Shown: piece after piece, positions 51,336 through 61,593 of the stretch | Layout: each line of letters begins with the position of its first letter | How positions within the stretch are numbered: the stretch's first letter is position 1 | Origin: an uncultured Clostridia bacterium | Lineage (GTDB): Bacteria > Bacillota > Clostridia > Christensenellales > CAG-138 | Reading direction: 5' to 3' | Length of the DNA stretch: 64,000 nucleotides | Assembly: GCA_937900325.1 (NCBI GenBank) | Contig: CALCEX010000070.1 | Coordinates: 15,122 to 79,121 of the forward strand | Notes under the pieces: model-generated | The model's database searches: none | What the model was told of the DNA's origin: nothing | Seen by the model: only the letters and a program-made list of their open reading frames with translations | Position numbers and translations under genes: made by a program

Positions 51336-52319
51336 ATGAAGAAATGTTCTGTGGGCGGTCAGGCCGTAATGGAGGGCGTAATGATGAAGGCCCCCGGCGG
51401 CATCGCCATGGCGGTCCGGGATGCGAAGGGCCGCATAGTACTGGATTATAAAGAATATACCACAAAGGCGAAAAAGGGCACCTTTTTAGGCCTCCCCATA
51501 GTGCGGGGCGTTGTGGCCTTTGTGGAGAGCCTTACCATAGGCATGGGCACCCTTACGAAATCCGCCGAGCTCATAGGCGAGCCCATTGACGAGAAGCCTA
51601 CGAAATTCGAAAAGTGGCTTTCCGAAAAGCTGGGCAAGTCGGTGGAAAAGGTTGTGATGGGCCTTGCGGTGATACTTGCCGTCGCGCTGTCCGTGGGCCT
51701 GTTCTTCCTGCTGCCCCAGCTCATAAGCAGCCTTATATTCAAGGGGAGCGCCGCCGCCTCCGCTACCAAGTGCCTGGTCGAGGGGCTGGTGCGGCTTTGC
51801 GTTTTCATAGGCTATATATTCTTCTGCGCCAGCGTGAAGGATATAAAGCGGGTGTTCATGTATCACGGGGCGGAGCATAAGACCATAGCCTGCTATGAGG
51901 CAGATGATCCCCTCACCCCGGAAAACGCCATGAAGCACAGCCGCCTCCATCCCCGCTGCGGCACCAACTATCTCTTCCTTGTGATGGCGGTATCTATAGT
52001 GTTCTTCGCCCTGGTGGGCTGGAACGAGAGCCTGTGGCTCAGGCTGCTTTCCCGCATAGTGTTCCTGCCGCTCGTGGCGGGGCTCAGCTATGAGGTGCTC
52101 AAGTTCGCCGCGAAGTACGATAACATATTCACAAAAATAATACGCGCCCCCGGCATGGCGCTCCAGTACATCACCACAAGGGAGCCCACCGAGGATATGC
52201 TGGAGGTTGCCATAGCCTCCTTTGACCTTGCCATGTCCGACCCCGATAAGGCCATGGAAATGGTCAGAAAGAACCGTGAGGAAATAGCGGAGGCGGACAA
52301 GGCGGAAGCAAAGGCATGA
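51336..52319 (+). CDS. DUF1385 domain membrane protein
   Basis: 327 aa. GGQAVMEGVMM...HGAEHK is DUF1385-like. The position upstream of prmC/prfA is typical in Clostridia. Confidence 0.8.
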   Translation: MKKCSVGGQAVMEGVMMKAPGGIAMAVRDAKGRIVLDYKEYTTKAKKGTFLGLPIVRGVVAFVESLTIGMGTLTKSAELIGEPIDEKPTKFEKWLSEKLGKSVEKVVMGLAVILAVALSVGLFFLLPQLISSLIFKGSAAASATKCLVEGLVRLCVFIGYIFFCASVKDIKRVFMYHGAEHKTIACYEADDPLTPENAMKHSRLHPRCGTNYLFLVMAVSIVFFALVGWNESLWLRLLSRIVFLPLVAGLSYEVLKFAAKYDNIFTKIIRAPGMALQYITTREPTEDMLEVAIASFDLAMSDPDKAMEMVRKNREEIAEADKAEAKA

Positions 52320-53143
52320 CCGCGCTGGAATACGCGGACAGGCTGCTTTCTCCCGTTACTGAGGAGCATGAGGCCGAGGCGCGGATAATCATATCCGACC
52401 TTACCGCCCTGCCCATAGGGCGAATAAACATAGAAGCCCCTCCCCTCTCTGCGGCGCTTAAGGAGCGCATAGAGGGCGTCGCGAAAAGGCGGGCGGAGGG
52501 CGAGCCGCTTCAATATATATTGGGAAAATGGGAATTTATGGGCCTGCCCTTTTATACGCGGCCCTGCGCGCTGATACCCCGTCAGGATACAGAGACCCTC
52601 TGCGAGGAGGCGCTCAAAATAAACGGGAGCGGCAAAAGGCTCCTTGACCTGTGCTGCGGAACAGGCTGCATAGGGGTATCCCTTGGTAAGCTCGGGGGCT
52701 TTGAGGCGACCTTCGGGGATATAAGCCCGGACTGCCTTGCCCTTGCCCGGGAAAACGCCGCGTTGAACGGCGTACCGGGCAGCTTCATACTGACGGATAT
52801 GTTCGGCGGCATAGACGGAAGCTTCGACCTTATCTGCGTAAACCCCCCGTATATACCCACCTCGGAGCTTGCCTCATTGCAGGATGAGGTAAGGCGGGAG
52901 CCGGCGCTGGCCCTTGACGGCGGGGCGGACGGGCTGGACTTTTACCGCCGTATCGCCCGCGATCACGCCGCGCACCTCTCCCCCGGCGGCACGCTGCTCA
53001 TGGAGGTTGGCGCGGGGCAGGCGGCGGGGGTCGCTTCGATGTTCCCGAAAGCGGAAATAATAAAGGATCTTTGCGGCGTTGAAAGGGTGGTGGCGGTGAG
53101 CGCCGCCCGGCGGCAGGATGAAAAAGGCCCGGCGGGCCGCTGA
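52316..53143 (+). CDS. prmC: Peptide chain release factor N5-glutamine methyltransferase
   Basis: 275 aa. LDLCCGTGCIG SAM motif and NPPY. Confidence 0.92.
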   Translation: MTALEYADRLLSPVTEEHEAEARIIISDLTALPIGRINIEAPPLSAALKERIEGVAKRRAEGEPLQYILGKWEFMGLPFYTRPCALIPRQDTETLCEEALKINGSGKRLLDLCCGTGCIGVSLGKLGGFEATFGDISPDCLALARENAALNGVPGSFILTDMFGGIDGSFDLICVNPPYIPTSELASLQDEVRREPALALDGGADGLDFYRRIARDHAAHLSPGGTLLMEVGAGQAAGVASMFPKAEIIKDLCGVERVVAVSAARRQDEKGPAGR

Positions 53144-53202
53144 TAATATTGTGAAAATATGCGGCCTTGAGGACGCAAAGCTTATAGAATGGACGGAGCA
53201 AT

Positions 53203-54273
53203 ATGATAAACAAGCTTAAAGCACTGAAAAAACGCTATGAGGAGCTGACCGCTGCCCTCTCGGCCCCGGACGCCATGAACGACCAGGCCGCCTGGAGGGA
53301 GATGGTCAAGGAGCACAGCCAGCTCGAGGAGATAGTCGGCGCCTTTGACGAATACACCGCCGCGCAGCAGGCGGAGGCGGACTGCAAGGCCATGCTGGAG
53401 GAGCACCTCGACCCCGAAATGAAGGAAATGGTGCATGGGGAGATCGCCGAGCTTGCGCAGAAGCAGCAAAAGCTCATAGAGGATATGAAGATAATGCTGC
53501 TGCCCAAAGACCCCAACGACGAGAAGAACGTTATGCTGGAAATACGCGCCGGCATAGGCGGCGACGAGGCGGCGCTCTTCGGCGCGGATCTATTGCGTAT
53601 GTACCAGCGCTACGCGGAGCGCCATGGCTACAGGCTGGAATACATGAACGAAAACACAACCGAGGCGGGCGGCGTAAAGGAGGTCGTGCTGAACATAATC
53701 GGCAAAGGCGCGTATTCGCGGCTGAAGTTCGAAAGCGGCGTCCACCGGGTGCAGCGCGTGCCGGAGACGGAATCCCAGGGCCGCATACACACCAGCGCGG
53801 CGACGGTCGCCGTAATGCCGGAGGCCGAGGATGTGGAGGTGGAGATAGACCCGAAGGACCTTCAGATAGACACCTACCGCTCCGGCGGCGCGGGCGGCCA
53901 GCACGTGAACAAGACGGAATCCGCCATACGCATCACACATATACCCACCGGCATAGTCGTGCAGTGCCAGGACGAGCGCAGCCAGCACAAGAACAAGGAC
54001 AAGGCAATGAAGGTGCTCAAGTCCCGCATATACGAGCATTTCCTCAAGGAAAAGGAGAGCGCGGAGGCCTCCGCCCGCCGCAGCATGGTAGGCAGCGGCG
54101 ACCGCAGCGAGCGCATACGCACCTATAACTTCCCCCAGGGGCGGGTGACGGATCACAGGATAAACATGACGCTGTACCGCCTCGAGGCCTTCCTTGACGG
54201 GGACATGGACGAGATGATAGACGCGCTCATACTTGCGGAGCGCACCGCGCAGCTCACCGGGGAGGCGGAATAA
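53203..54273 (+). CDS. prfA: Peptide chain release factor 1
   Basis: 356 aa. GGQHVN and a PET-type tripeptide anticodon region ([10 protein letters not shown]). Confidence 0.96.
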   Translation: MINKLKALKKRYEELTAALSAPDAMNDQAAWREMVKEHSQLEEIVGAFDEYTAAQQAEADCKAMLEEHLDPEMKEMVHGEIAELAQKQQKLIEDMKIMLLPKDPNDEKNVMLEIRAGIGGDEAALFGADLLRMYQRYAERHGYRLEYMNENTTEAGGVKEVVLNIIGKGAYSRLKFESGVHRVQRVPETESQGRIHTSAATVAVMPEAEDVEVEIDPKDLQIDTYRSGGAGGQHVNKTESAIRITHIPTGIVVQCQDERSQHKNKDKAMKVLKSRIYEHFLKEKESAEASARRSMVGSGDRSERIRTYNFPQGRVTDHRINMTLYRLEAFLDGDMDEMIDALILAERTAQLTGEAE

Positions 54274-55311
54274 TTGGATACGCTCTACTTCAACGCCGTA
54301 AAACAGAGCGAGGCCGGCACAAAGCTGGGCGGCGGCGTGATACGCGCCGGGGGGCTCGTCGCCTTCCCGACGGAGACGGTATACGGCCTCGGCGCAAACG
54401 GATTGGACGGGGCGGCGGTAAATAGGATATTCGAGGCCAAGGGAAGGCCCAACGACAACCCGCTGATACTGCACATAGCGAAAAAGAGCGACCTGAAGGA
54501 GCTGTGGAAGTCTGTGCCGGAAAAGGCAAGGCTGCTGATGGATGAATTCTGGCCCGGGCCGCTGACCATGGTCTACCTTAAAAGCAGCCGGGTACCCGGC
54601 GAGGTAAGCGCGGGGCTGGATACCGTGGCCGTAAGGATGCCCGCAAACAGGACGGCGCTCGCGCTCATACGCGCCGCGGGGGTACCCATAGCCGCCCCCA
54701 GCGCGAACCTTTCCGGCAAGCCCTCCCCCACCTCGGCGGAGCACGTCATTGAGGATATGGACGGGAAAATAGACGTGATAATAGACGGCGGAAGCTGCGC
54801 TATCGGCGTGGAGTCCACGGTTGTGTCCCTCATGGGGGGCGAGGTCACGATACTCCGCCCCGGCGGTATTACCCGGGAAATGCTGGAGGCCGTCGTAGGC
54901 CCCGTAAGCCTTTCCCCCGCCGTGCTTGCTCCGTTGAAGCAGGGAGAGGCCGCCCCCTCCCCAGGCATGAAGTACAAGCATTACGCCCCGGACGCCGAGG
55001 TGATAGTAGGCACGGGAGCGCCCGGCGATATAGCGGCGAAGCTCATAGCCGAGTATGAAAAAAGGGAAGCGGGCGGGCAGAGCTGCATAATTTTCGCAAC
55101 AGAGGAAACTCGCCGCTTCTACAAGGGCAAGAGGTATGTTATAATAGGCGAGAGAAAAAACCCCATCACGCTCTGCGAGAGCCTTTTCGCCCAGTTCCGC
55201 GCCAACGAAGGCAGGGCGGACGTTATACTCTGCGAGGCGCTGCCGGAGGCCGACATGGGCCTCGCCTATATGAACAGGCTTTTGAGGAGCGCCGGCTTCA
55301 AGACGATATAG
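54274..55311 (+). CDS. tsaC: L-threonylcarbamoyladenylate synthase (TsaC/Sua5, long form)
   Basis: 345 aa, TTG start. YrdC domain (FPTETVYGLGAN, KGRPNDNPLILH) plus a Sua5 C-domain. Confidence 0.9.
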   Translation: MDTLYFNAVKQSEAGTKLGGGVIRAGGLVAFPTETVYGLGANGLDGAAVNRIFEAKGRPNDNPLILHIAKKSDLKELWKSVPEKARLLMDEFWPGPLTMVYLKSSRVPGEVSAGLDTVAVRMPANRTALALIRAAGVPIAAPSANLSGKPSPTSAEHVIEDMDGKIDVIIDGGSCAIGVESTVVSLMGGEVTILRPGGITREMLEAVVGPVSLSPAVLAPLKQGEAAPSPGMKYKHYAPDAEVIVGTGAPGDIAAKLIAEYEKREAGGQSCIIFATEETRRFYKGKRYVIIGERKNPITLCESLFAQFRANEGRADVILCEALPEADMGLAYMNRLLRSAGFKTI

Positions 55312-55352
55312 ATCGCAAATCACACAAAAATAAAAAAACATAAGGAGCTGCC

Positions 55353-55799
55353 ATGAAGATCGCCATCGCCGCCGACCACGGCGGATACAGGCTCAAGGAT
55401 GAGCTGATACCCTACATCGAGGGACTGGGACATTCCGTGAAGGACCTTGGAACAAATTCCGCCGACAGCGTGGATTATCCCGATTACGCCGCCGCCTGCG
55501 CGAGGGCCGTGGTCTCGGGAGAGGCGGACAGGGGCATAGTGATATGCGGCACGGGCATAGGCATATCCATCGCCGCCAACAAGATAAAGGGCGTGCGGTG
55601 CGGCCTTTGCACCGACCCGGTAATGGCCCGGCTCACCCGGGAGCACAACGACGCGAACATGCTGGCCATGGGCGCGCGCATAATAGGGGACGAGCTTGCG
55701 AGGGGAATAGTAAAGGCGTTCCTGGAGACGGAGTTTTCCAACGGGCAGAGGCATATAAACAGGATAAACAAGATAACGGCACTGGAAGAAGCGGAATAA
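55353..55799 (+). CDS. rpiB: Ribose-5-phosphate isomerase B
   Basis: 148 aa. MKIAIAADHGG...ICGTGIGISIAANK. Confidence 0.93.
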   Translation: MKIAIAADHGGYRLKDELIPYIEGLGHSVKDLGTNSADSVDYPDYAAACARAVVSGEADRGIVICGTGIGISIAANKIKGVRCGLCTDPVMARLTREHNDANMLAMGARIIGDELARGIVKAFLETEFSNGQRHINRINKITALEEAE

Positions 55800-55862
55800 A
55801 AAAACGCCGGTTTTTTTGATTCAATAAACCCACCCACAAACCGAAAGGAGCAATATAAAAAA

Positions 55863-56492
55863 ATGGGCAAACTCGTCGTAATCGACCACCCTCTGGTACA
55901 GCACAAGCTGACCCTGCTCAGGGATAAGAACACAGGCACAAAGGAATTCCGCGCTCTGGTAGAGGAGCTGGCCACGCTGCTCGCATACGAGGCTACGCGG
56001 GACCTTCAGCTTGAGGACGCCATCGTGGAGACCCCCGTAACCACCGCCCATACAAAGGTGCTCGCCGGCAAGAAGCTGGCGATAGTCCCCATACTGCGGG
56101 CAGGCCTTGGCATGGTGGACGGCATGATGAACCTCATACCCGCCGCGAAGGTGGGCCATATCGGCCTTTACCGCGATCCCGAGACGCTTTTGCCCGTGGA
56201 CTATTACTGCAAGCTGCCATCCGATATTTCGGAGCGGGACATCATAATAGTCGATCCCATGCTGGCCACCGGCGGCAGCGCCAACGCGGGCATAGACGTA
56301 GTCAAGCGCGCGGGCGGAAAGAACGTAAAGCTGGTAAACCTGATAGCGGCTCCCGAGGGCATCGAGGCGGTGCAGAAGGCCCATCCCGATGTCGATATAT
56401 TCGTCGCCCATGTGGACGACCGCCTCAACGACCATGGCTACATAGTTCCCGGCCTTGGCGATGCGGGCGACAGGCTGTTCGGAACAAAATAA
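55863..56492 (+). CDS. upp: Uracil phosphoribosyltransferase
   Basis: 209 aa. [13 protein letters not shown] and the PRPP motif [10 protein letters not shown]. Confidence 0.96.
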   Translation: MGKLVVIDHPLVQHKLTLLRDKNTGTKEFRALVEELATLLAYEATRDLQLEDAIVETPVTTAHTKVLAGKKLAIVPILRAGLGMVDGMMNLIPAAKVGHIGLYRDPETLLPVDYYCKLPSDISERDIIIVDPMLATGGSANAGIDVVKRAGGKNVKLVNLIAAPEGIEAVQKAHPDVDIFVAHVDDRLNDHGYIVPGLGDAGDRLFGTK

Positions 56493-56500
56493 AGCATTCA

Positions 56501-56534
56501 GGGCAAGGGCTTAACGCCGCTTGCCCGGTTTTTT
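56501..56534 (+). terminator. Intrinsic terminator after upp
   Basis: GGGCAAG-ggcttaacgcc-gCTTGCCC followed by GGTTTTTT. Confidence 0.7.
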
Positions 56535-56567
56535 AGGGAAGAATTTGATCTGGAAGGAGCTAAAGCA

Positions 56568-57845
56568 ATGAAAAGAACATTTCTCACTCTGGCGGCGGCG
56601 GTAATAGCGCTGCTTATTGCGCTTCCCCTCTCCCCCGCCTTCGCGGAGGACGCCTATGTCCCCTACCCCGCGCCGAAGGCGGCGGTATCCGATGACGGCA
56701 CCATATACCTGAGGCCCGCCCCGACAAGGGACACCGAGGGCGCGGTAAAGCTCAGGCATATGGAGGGAAAGACCGTAAGCGCGCTGGGCAGCGACCCATC
56801 GGGCAAATACCTGTATATAGAATACGAGGGCAAAAAGGGCTTTGTGCGGGCGAAGGACTTTGAGCTGGCGGACAGCGCCGCCTCCCCCTCCCCCGCCGTC
56901 AGCACCGCCAATGTCAGCTACTTCGGCGCGGCTAAGACGGGAATATCCGGGGACAGCGCCATATATATGCGTACCTCCCCCAATATACCCGAAAAGCCCG
57001 CCAAGAGCGATTCCAACGTCGCCCGGAAGATAAAGAAGGCCAGGGGCGCTTCCTTTAAGCTGCTTGGCGAGGCGGGCGACTGGTACTACGCGGAGTATGA
57101 CGGGACAAAGGGCTTCGTAAAGAAGGCCGATTTTACCATACAGGAGCAGAACGCCAACGCCAACGCCGGGACAAGCGGAGCAGACGGAGCGGGCAGGCTG
57201 AACAGGCCCACCAGCGGCGCGACCGAGACAGGCCACGGCGCGGAAAGCGAAAAGTGGGGCAGCATAAAGATACCCGGCGCGAAAACCTATACCATATACG
57301 GCAACTACACAAACAGCGCCGGCACTAAGTATTATTACGCCGCCGAGAACCTCAAGGGGCATTACGAATACGTGCATACCCTCACCGCGAAGGGCTCTCA
57401 GGTGCATTCCGTGCTGGGCCACAACGTCCGCAGCGGCAAGGGCAAGTATTTCCACAACCTGCACCATGTGCAGAACGCCCTCATAGGCAAGAGCAGGTGC
57501 GAAAGCTGCGGCGCCTCCTGCGGCAGCAAATTCAGGACCACCAGCATAACCATGAAGCTGGACGGATATAAGAAATGGGACATAATGTGCCTTTATGAGA
57601 TCGCCCCCAACCAGAGCACCAGCATACTCGCCTATAACGCAAGGCCCTGGAAAACCAGCACCAGCAGCTATGTGAGCACGCAGCTCAACTACGCCGGGAC
57701 CAGCGGGCTCAAGGGCTGGATAAACCCCGACGTCACTTACAGCGACGGCGGCAAGTACGCCATGCTCATCACCTGCGGCGACAAATACGAAAACAACAGC
57801 AACGCCACGAGCAAGCTGTATGTGCTGCTGAAGGCGAGGGACTGA
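56568..57845 (+). CDS. Secreted SH3b-repeat protein with a C-terminal sortase B-like domain (paralog of 49354..51186)
   Basis: 425 aa. Signal peptide ...SPAFA/ED, two clear SH3b modules, and a C-terminus with WGSIKIPGAKTYTIYG, VLGHNVR, MLITCGDK and SKLYVLLKA. Shares long DNA identities with the first paralog. Confidence 0.6.
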   Translation: MKRTFLTLAAAVIALLIALPLSPAFAEDAYVPYPAPKAAVSDDGTIYLRPAPTRDTEGAVKLRHMEGKTVSALGSDPSGKYLYIEYEGKKGFVRAKDFELADSAASPSPAVSTANVSYFGAAKTGISGDSAIYMRTSPNIPEKPAKSDSNVARKIKKARGASFKLLGEAGDWYYAEYDGTKGFVKKADFTIQEQNANANAGTSGADGAGRLNRPTSGATETGHGAESEKWGSIKIPGAKTYTIYGNYTNSAGTKYYYAAENLKGHYEYVHTLTAKGSQVHSVLGHNVRSGKGKYFHNLHHVQNALIGKSRCESCGASCGSKFRTTSITMKLDGYKKWDIMCLYEIAPNQSTSILAYNARPWKTSTSSYVSTQLNYAGTSGLKGWINPDVTYSDGGKYAMLITCGDKYENNSNATSKLYVLLKARD

Positions 57846-57857
57846 CACGAACAAACA

Positions 57858-57888
57858 AAAGCGCCCGTAAAAAAACGGGCGCTTTTTT
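57858..57888 (+). terminator. Intrinsic terminator
   Basis: AGCGCCCG-taaaaaaa-CGGGCGCT followed by TTTTTT. Confidence 0.85.
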
Positions 57889-58202
57889 TCCATAAATATT
57901 AGAAAAAAGACGCATATCCTGCATATTTGCATTTATTTACATAATAATAATGCATTATTATCTCTCATAAAATTCATTTGCGATTTTCATAACAGAATAT
58001 TGAATAAGTCTATTGCGGATTTTGCATTTATAGGGTAATATAATAGAATAAACAGATAATATGTGAATCAACCACACCTGTTCTTTGCATTTTTGAATCG
58101 CGATATGTCGTTATCTGTAACCCTTTAAGAAAATATATTAAAGCCTACGCTTTTTTAACATACATATAAATAAGTAAATAAGCAAGAAGGAGGTAAGATG
58201 CA

Positions 58203-58514
58203 TTGCCGACTGTTATTGAGAGCATAATCATGGCCGAGGCAAAGGGCGCGGAGCTGAAAAAGCAGGCCGCCGCAAGGGCAAAGGAGATAACCGACGACGC
58301 CCGTATGCGCCGCGAAAGGGCCCTGAACGAGGCCCACGAGGCGGGGCGCGCTATGATACGGCGGGCGAAGGACGAGGCCGAAAAGCAGGGCGCCGAGCTT
58401 GCGGCGGAGCTTGCGGCGAAGGCCGATAAGGAAGCGGAGGCGGAATGCAGGAAGGCGGAGGCAAGGCTGCGCCGCGCCGCGGAATATATAGTCAGAGAGG
58501 TAGCCGGGGTATGA
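58203..58514 (+). CDS. V-type ATPase small coiled-coil subunit (G/H-like, NtpF-type)
   Basis: 103 aa, Ala/Glu/Lys/Arg-rich helix. TTG start 10 nt after AAGGAGG (alternative ATG at 58230). First gene of the V-ATPase operon. Confidence 0.65.
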   Translation: MPTVIESIIMAEAKGAELKKQAAARAKEITDDARMRRERALNEAHEAGRAMIRRAKDEAEKQGAELAAELAAKADKEAEAECRKAEARLRRAAEYIVREVAGV

Positions 58515-60424
58515 TAGTGCCGATGAAAAAGCTGACCCTGGCCGCCCCCCTGGAGTACCGGGAGGAAATATTGCAGGCCCTTCAGTCGATTTGCGCGGTA
58601 CAGCTTATTTCCGCGGGCGGGGGCGGGCAGGCCAGCGCCGAGGCCGAGGGAAGGGTCCAGCGGCTGCAAAGCGCCGGGGAGCTTCTTAAGCCCTTTGCAA
58701 AAAAGGAGGGCTTCGGCCCCAAGCCCGAGGCTACGCGGCAGGAGCTCGAGGCGGAAATACAGCCCGCCCTTGAGCTTTGCGCCGAGCTGGAGGGGCTGCA
58801 AAGGCGCATCGCCCAGAACGGCGGCGATACCGAAAAGCGCAGCCAGCAGCTCAGCGCTCTGCTCCCCTGGGCGGAAATGGCCGACCCGCTGGAGAATGTG
58901 CATTCCACCCAAAACGTAAGGGTTATGGCTGGCACGGTGCCGGCGGAGGGCGTAAAGGCCCTGATGGAGAGCGGCGCGCTGGTGCGGCTTTACGGCGGCG
59001 ATAAGGAGCGGGCGGCTCTTGTGATATGCCCGAAGGAGCAATATGAGGACATCGCGCCGGATATAAGGGCGGCGGGCTTTCAGGAGAAGGGCTTCGGTGA
59101 GCTGAAGGGCTCCGCCGCCGAAAATATAGAGCGGCTGAAGAAGGAAATAGCGGCGCTTAAGGCGGAGCGGGCGGAGCTTTCGGCTCAGCTTGCCGCCTTT
59201 GCGCACAGGAGGGAGGAAATATGCAGGGCGCTGGACGGCGCGGCAATAGGCCGGGACAGGGAGCGCAGCATCGAGGAGCTGGCGCATACAGATACCGCCT
59301 TCCTGCTTACGGGCTGGGTGCGGGAGGATATGACGGATAAGGTGCGGCGGGAGATCGAAAAGATCACGGACGTTTATTATCTCGATCTGGAGGATCCCGC
59401 CGAGGGGGACGCTGTTCCTACGGCGCTGAAAAACAGCAGGCTCATCACTCCCTATGAGGCGGTCACCAGCCTGTATTCCCTCCCCGCCTACGGCACGGTG
59501 GACGGCACGCCGCTCATGGCGCCCTTCTATTTTATCTTCTTCGGGATGATGCTATCGGATACGGTATACGGCGCGGTGCTGGCGCTTGGCGCGTGGGCGT
59601 TCCTTAAATACACAAAGCCCGCTGGCATGGTGAAGAACCTCGCGGAGGTGCTTATGATGGGCGGCATATCCACCGTTTTCATGGGGCTGCTCTTCGGAAC
59701 CTGCGCCGGCGTGAGCTGGCCGGTCATCTTCAGAGGCACCGCGCTTGAAAATACCTTCCCCCTCATAGATTCCTCGGCTGACCCGATAGCCATGCTGGCG
59801 CTATGCGCCGCGATGGGCATAGTACAGATGTTTTACGCGGTATTCATCGCCGCGTACAGCTGCGTAAAGCGGGGGGACTGGGCGGGGGCCATAGTCGATA
59901 ACCTGGCATGGGTATTCATAATAACCGGCCTTCTTATGATGGCGGCTCCCTCATTGGGGCTTCCCGCCGCGCTGGGGACGGCGGGCAAATGGATGGCCAT
60001 AGCGTTCGCGGCGGTGGTATTGCTGTTTGCCGGACGGTCGAAAAAGAATATCGCCGGGCGGCTGATGTCCGGCGCGGGCAAGCTCTATGACGTTACCTCA
60101 TGGCTGGGCGACGTGCTCTCATATGCGCGCATATTCGCCCTCGGCCTTTCCACAGGCGTAATAGGCCTGGTGCTGAACACCCTCTGCTGGGATATGCTCT
60201 TCGCTTCCTTTAAGGGGAAGCCGGCGCTGATGGCGGCGGGCTTTGTTATAGTTACGGTGCTGTCCGTTGCGCTGCACGCCTTCATGATGGCCATAAGCAC
60301 GCTGGGCTGCTTCGTGCACGCGGCAAGGCTTCAGTATGTGGAGTTCTTCGGCAAGTTCTACGAGGCGGGGGGAAAGGCCTTCAGGCCGCTCAGGTACGAG
60401 ACGAAGTACGTGAACGTAAAATAG
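58511..60424 (+). CDS. ntpI: V-type ATP synthase subunit I
   Basis: ORF 58445..60424. ATG 58511 overlaps the upstream stop (ATGA). Soluble N-terminal coiled-coil region plus about 7 TM in the C-terminal domain. Confidence 0.88.
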   Translation: MIVPMKKLTLAAPLEYREEILQALQSICAVQLISAGGGGQASAEAEGRVQRLQSAGELLKPFAKKEGFGPKPEATRQELEAEIQPALELCAELEGLQRRIAQNGGDTEKRSQQLSALLPWAEMADPLENVHSTQNVRVMAGTVPAEGVKALMESGALVRLYGGDKERAALVICPKEQYEDIAPDIRAAGFQEKGFGELKGSAAENIERLKKEIAALKAERAELSAQLAAFAHRREEICRALDGAAIGRDRERSIEELAHTDTAFLLTGWVREDMTDKVRREIEKITDVYYLDLEDPAEGDAVPTALKNSRLITPYEAVTSLYSLPAYGTVDGTPLMAPFYFIFFGMMLSDTVYGAVLALGAWAFLKYTKPAGMVKNLAEVLMMGGISTVFMGLLFGTCAGVSWPVIFRGTALENTFPLIDSSADPIAMLALCAAMGIVQMFYAVFIAAYSCVKRGDWAGAIVDNLAWVFIITGLLMMAAPSLGLPAALGTAGKWMAIAFAAVVLLFAGRSKKNIAGRLMSGAGKLYDVTSWLGDVLSYARIFALGLSTGVIGLVLNTLCWDMLFASFKGKPALMAAGFVIVTVLSVALHAFMMAISTLGCFVHAARLQYVEFFGKFYEAGGKAFRPLRYETKYVNVK

Positions 60425-60464
60425 CGGTTATGCGCTTCTTGGTATATAAGTTATAACACGATAA

Positions 60465-60983
<519 letters not shown>

Positions 60984-60996
60984 GTCGGAGCGGCGT

Positions 60997-61581
60997 ATGG
61001 CAAACGACACTAATTCAGGGGCTGAAAAGCTCACCTCCCGCATACTGGAGGAGGCGGAGGCCGAGGCCGGGCGCGTCATAATGGAGGCGGAGGCAAAGGC
61101 CGGAGCCATAGCCTCCGAGGCTGCGGCCGAGGCCGAAAGGCTCAATATGGAATACGCAAAAAGGGCGGAAAGGGCGGCTGAGGATATAATCGAGCGCAGC
61201 CGCACCAACGCCGCGCTGGATAGCCGCAAGGCCGCCCTCAGGGAAAAGCGGCGGGTGCTGGACGAGGCCTTCGCCCTGGCAAAGAAGGAGCTTTGCGCCC
61301 TTGAGGGCGAAAGGCGCAGGGCGCTCATAGAGCGCATGATAAGGGAAAACGCAAAGGGCGGAGAGACGCTGCGCCCCGCAAAGCCGGACAGGGAGCTTAT
61401 AGCCGCGCTTATAGCGGAGCTGGAGCCCTCCCTACCCCTTTCTCTGGGCGAGGATATGGAGGCTGGCGGCGGCTTTCGGCTGCTGGGCGGCGGCTATGAG
61501 ACGGACTGCACCTTTGAGGCGCTGCTGAAGGGCTTCCGCGAAAGGCGGGAGGGCGAGGCGGCCCGCCTGCTGTTCGAGTAA
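60997..61581 (+). CDS. ntpE: V-type ATP synthase subunit E
   Basis: 194 aa. Long N-terminal helix rich in A/E/R plus a globular C-terminus. Operon position fits. Confidence 0.85.
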   Translation: MANDTNSGAEKLTSRILEEAEAEAGRVIMEAEAKAGAIASEAAAEAERLNMEYAKRAERAAEDIIERSRTNAALDSRKAALREKRRVLDEAFALAKKELCALEGERRRALIERMIRENAKGGETLRPAKPDRELIAALIAELEPSLPLSLGEDMEAGGGFRLLGGGYETDCTFEALLKGFRERREGEAARLLFE

Positions 61582-61593
61582 AGGAGGGCGACT

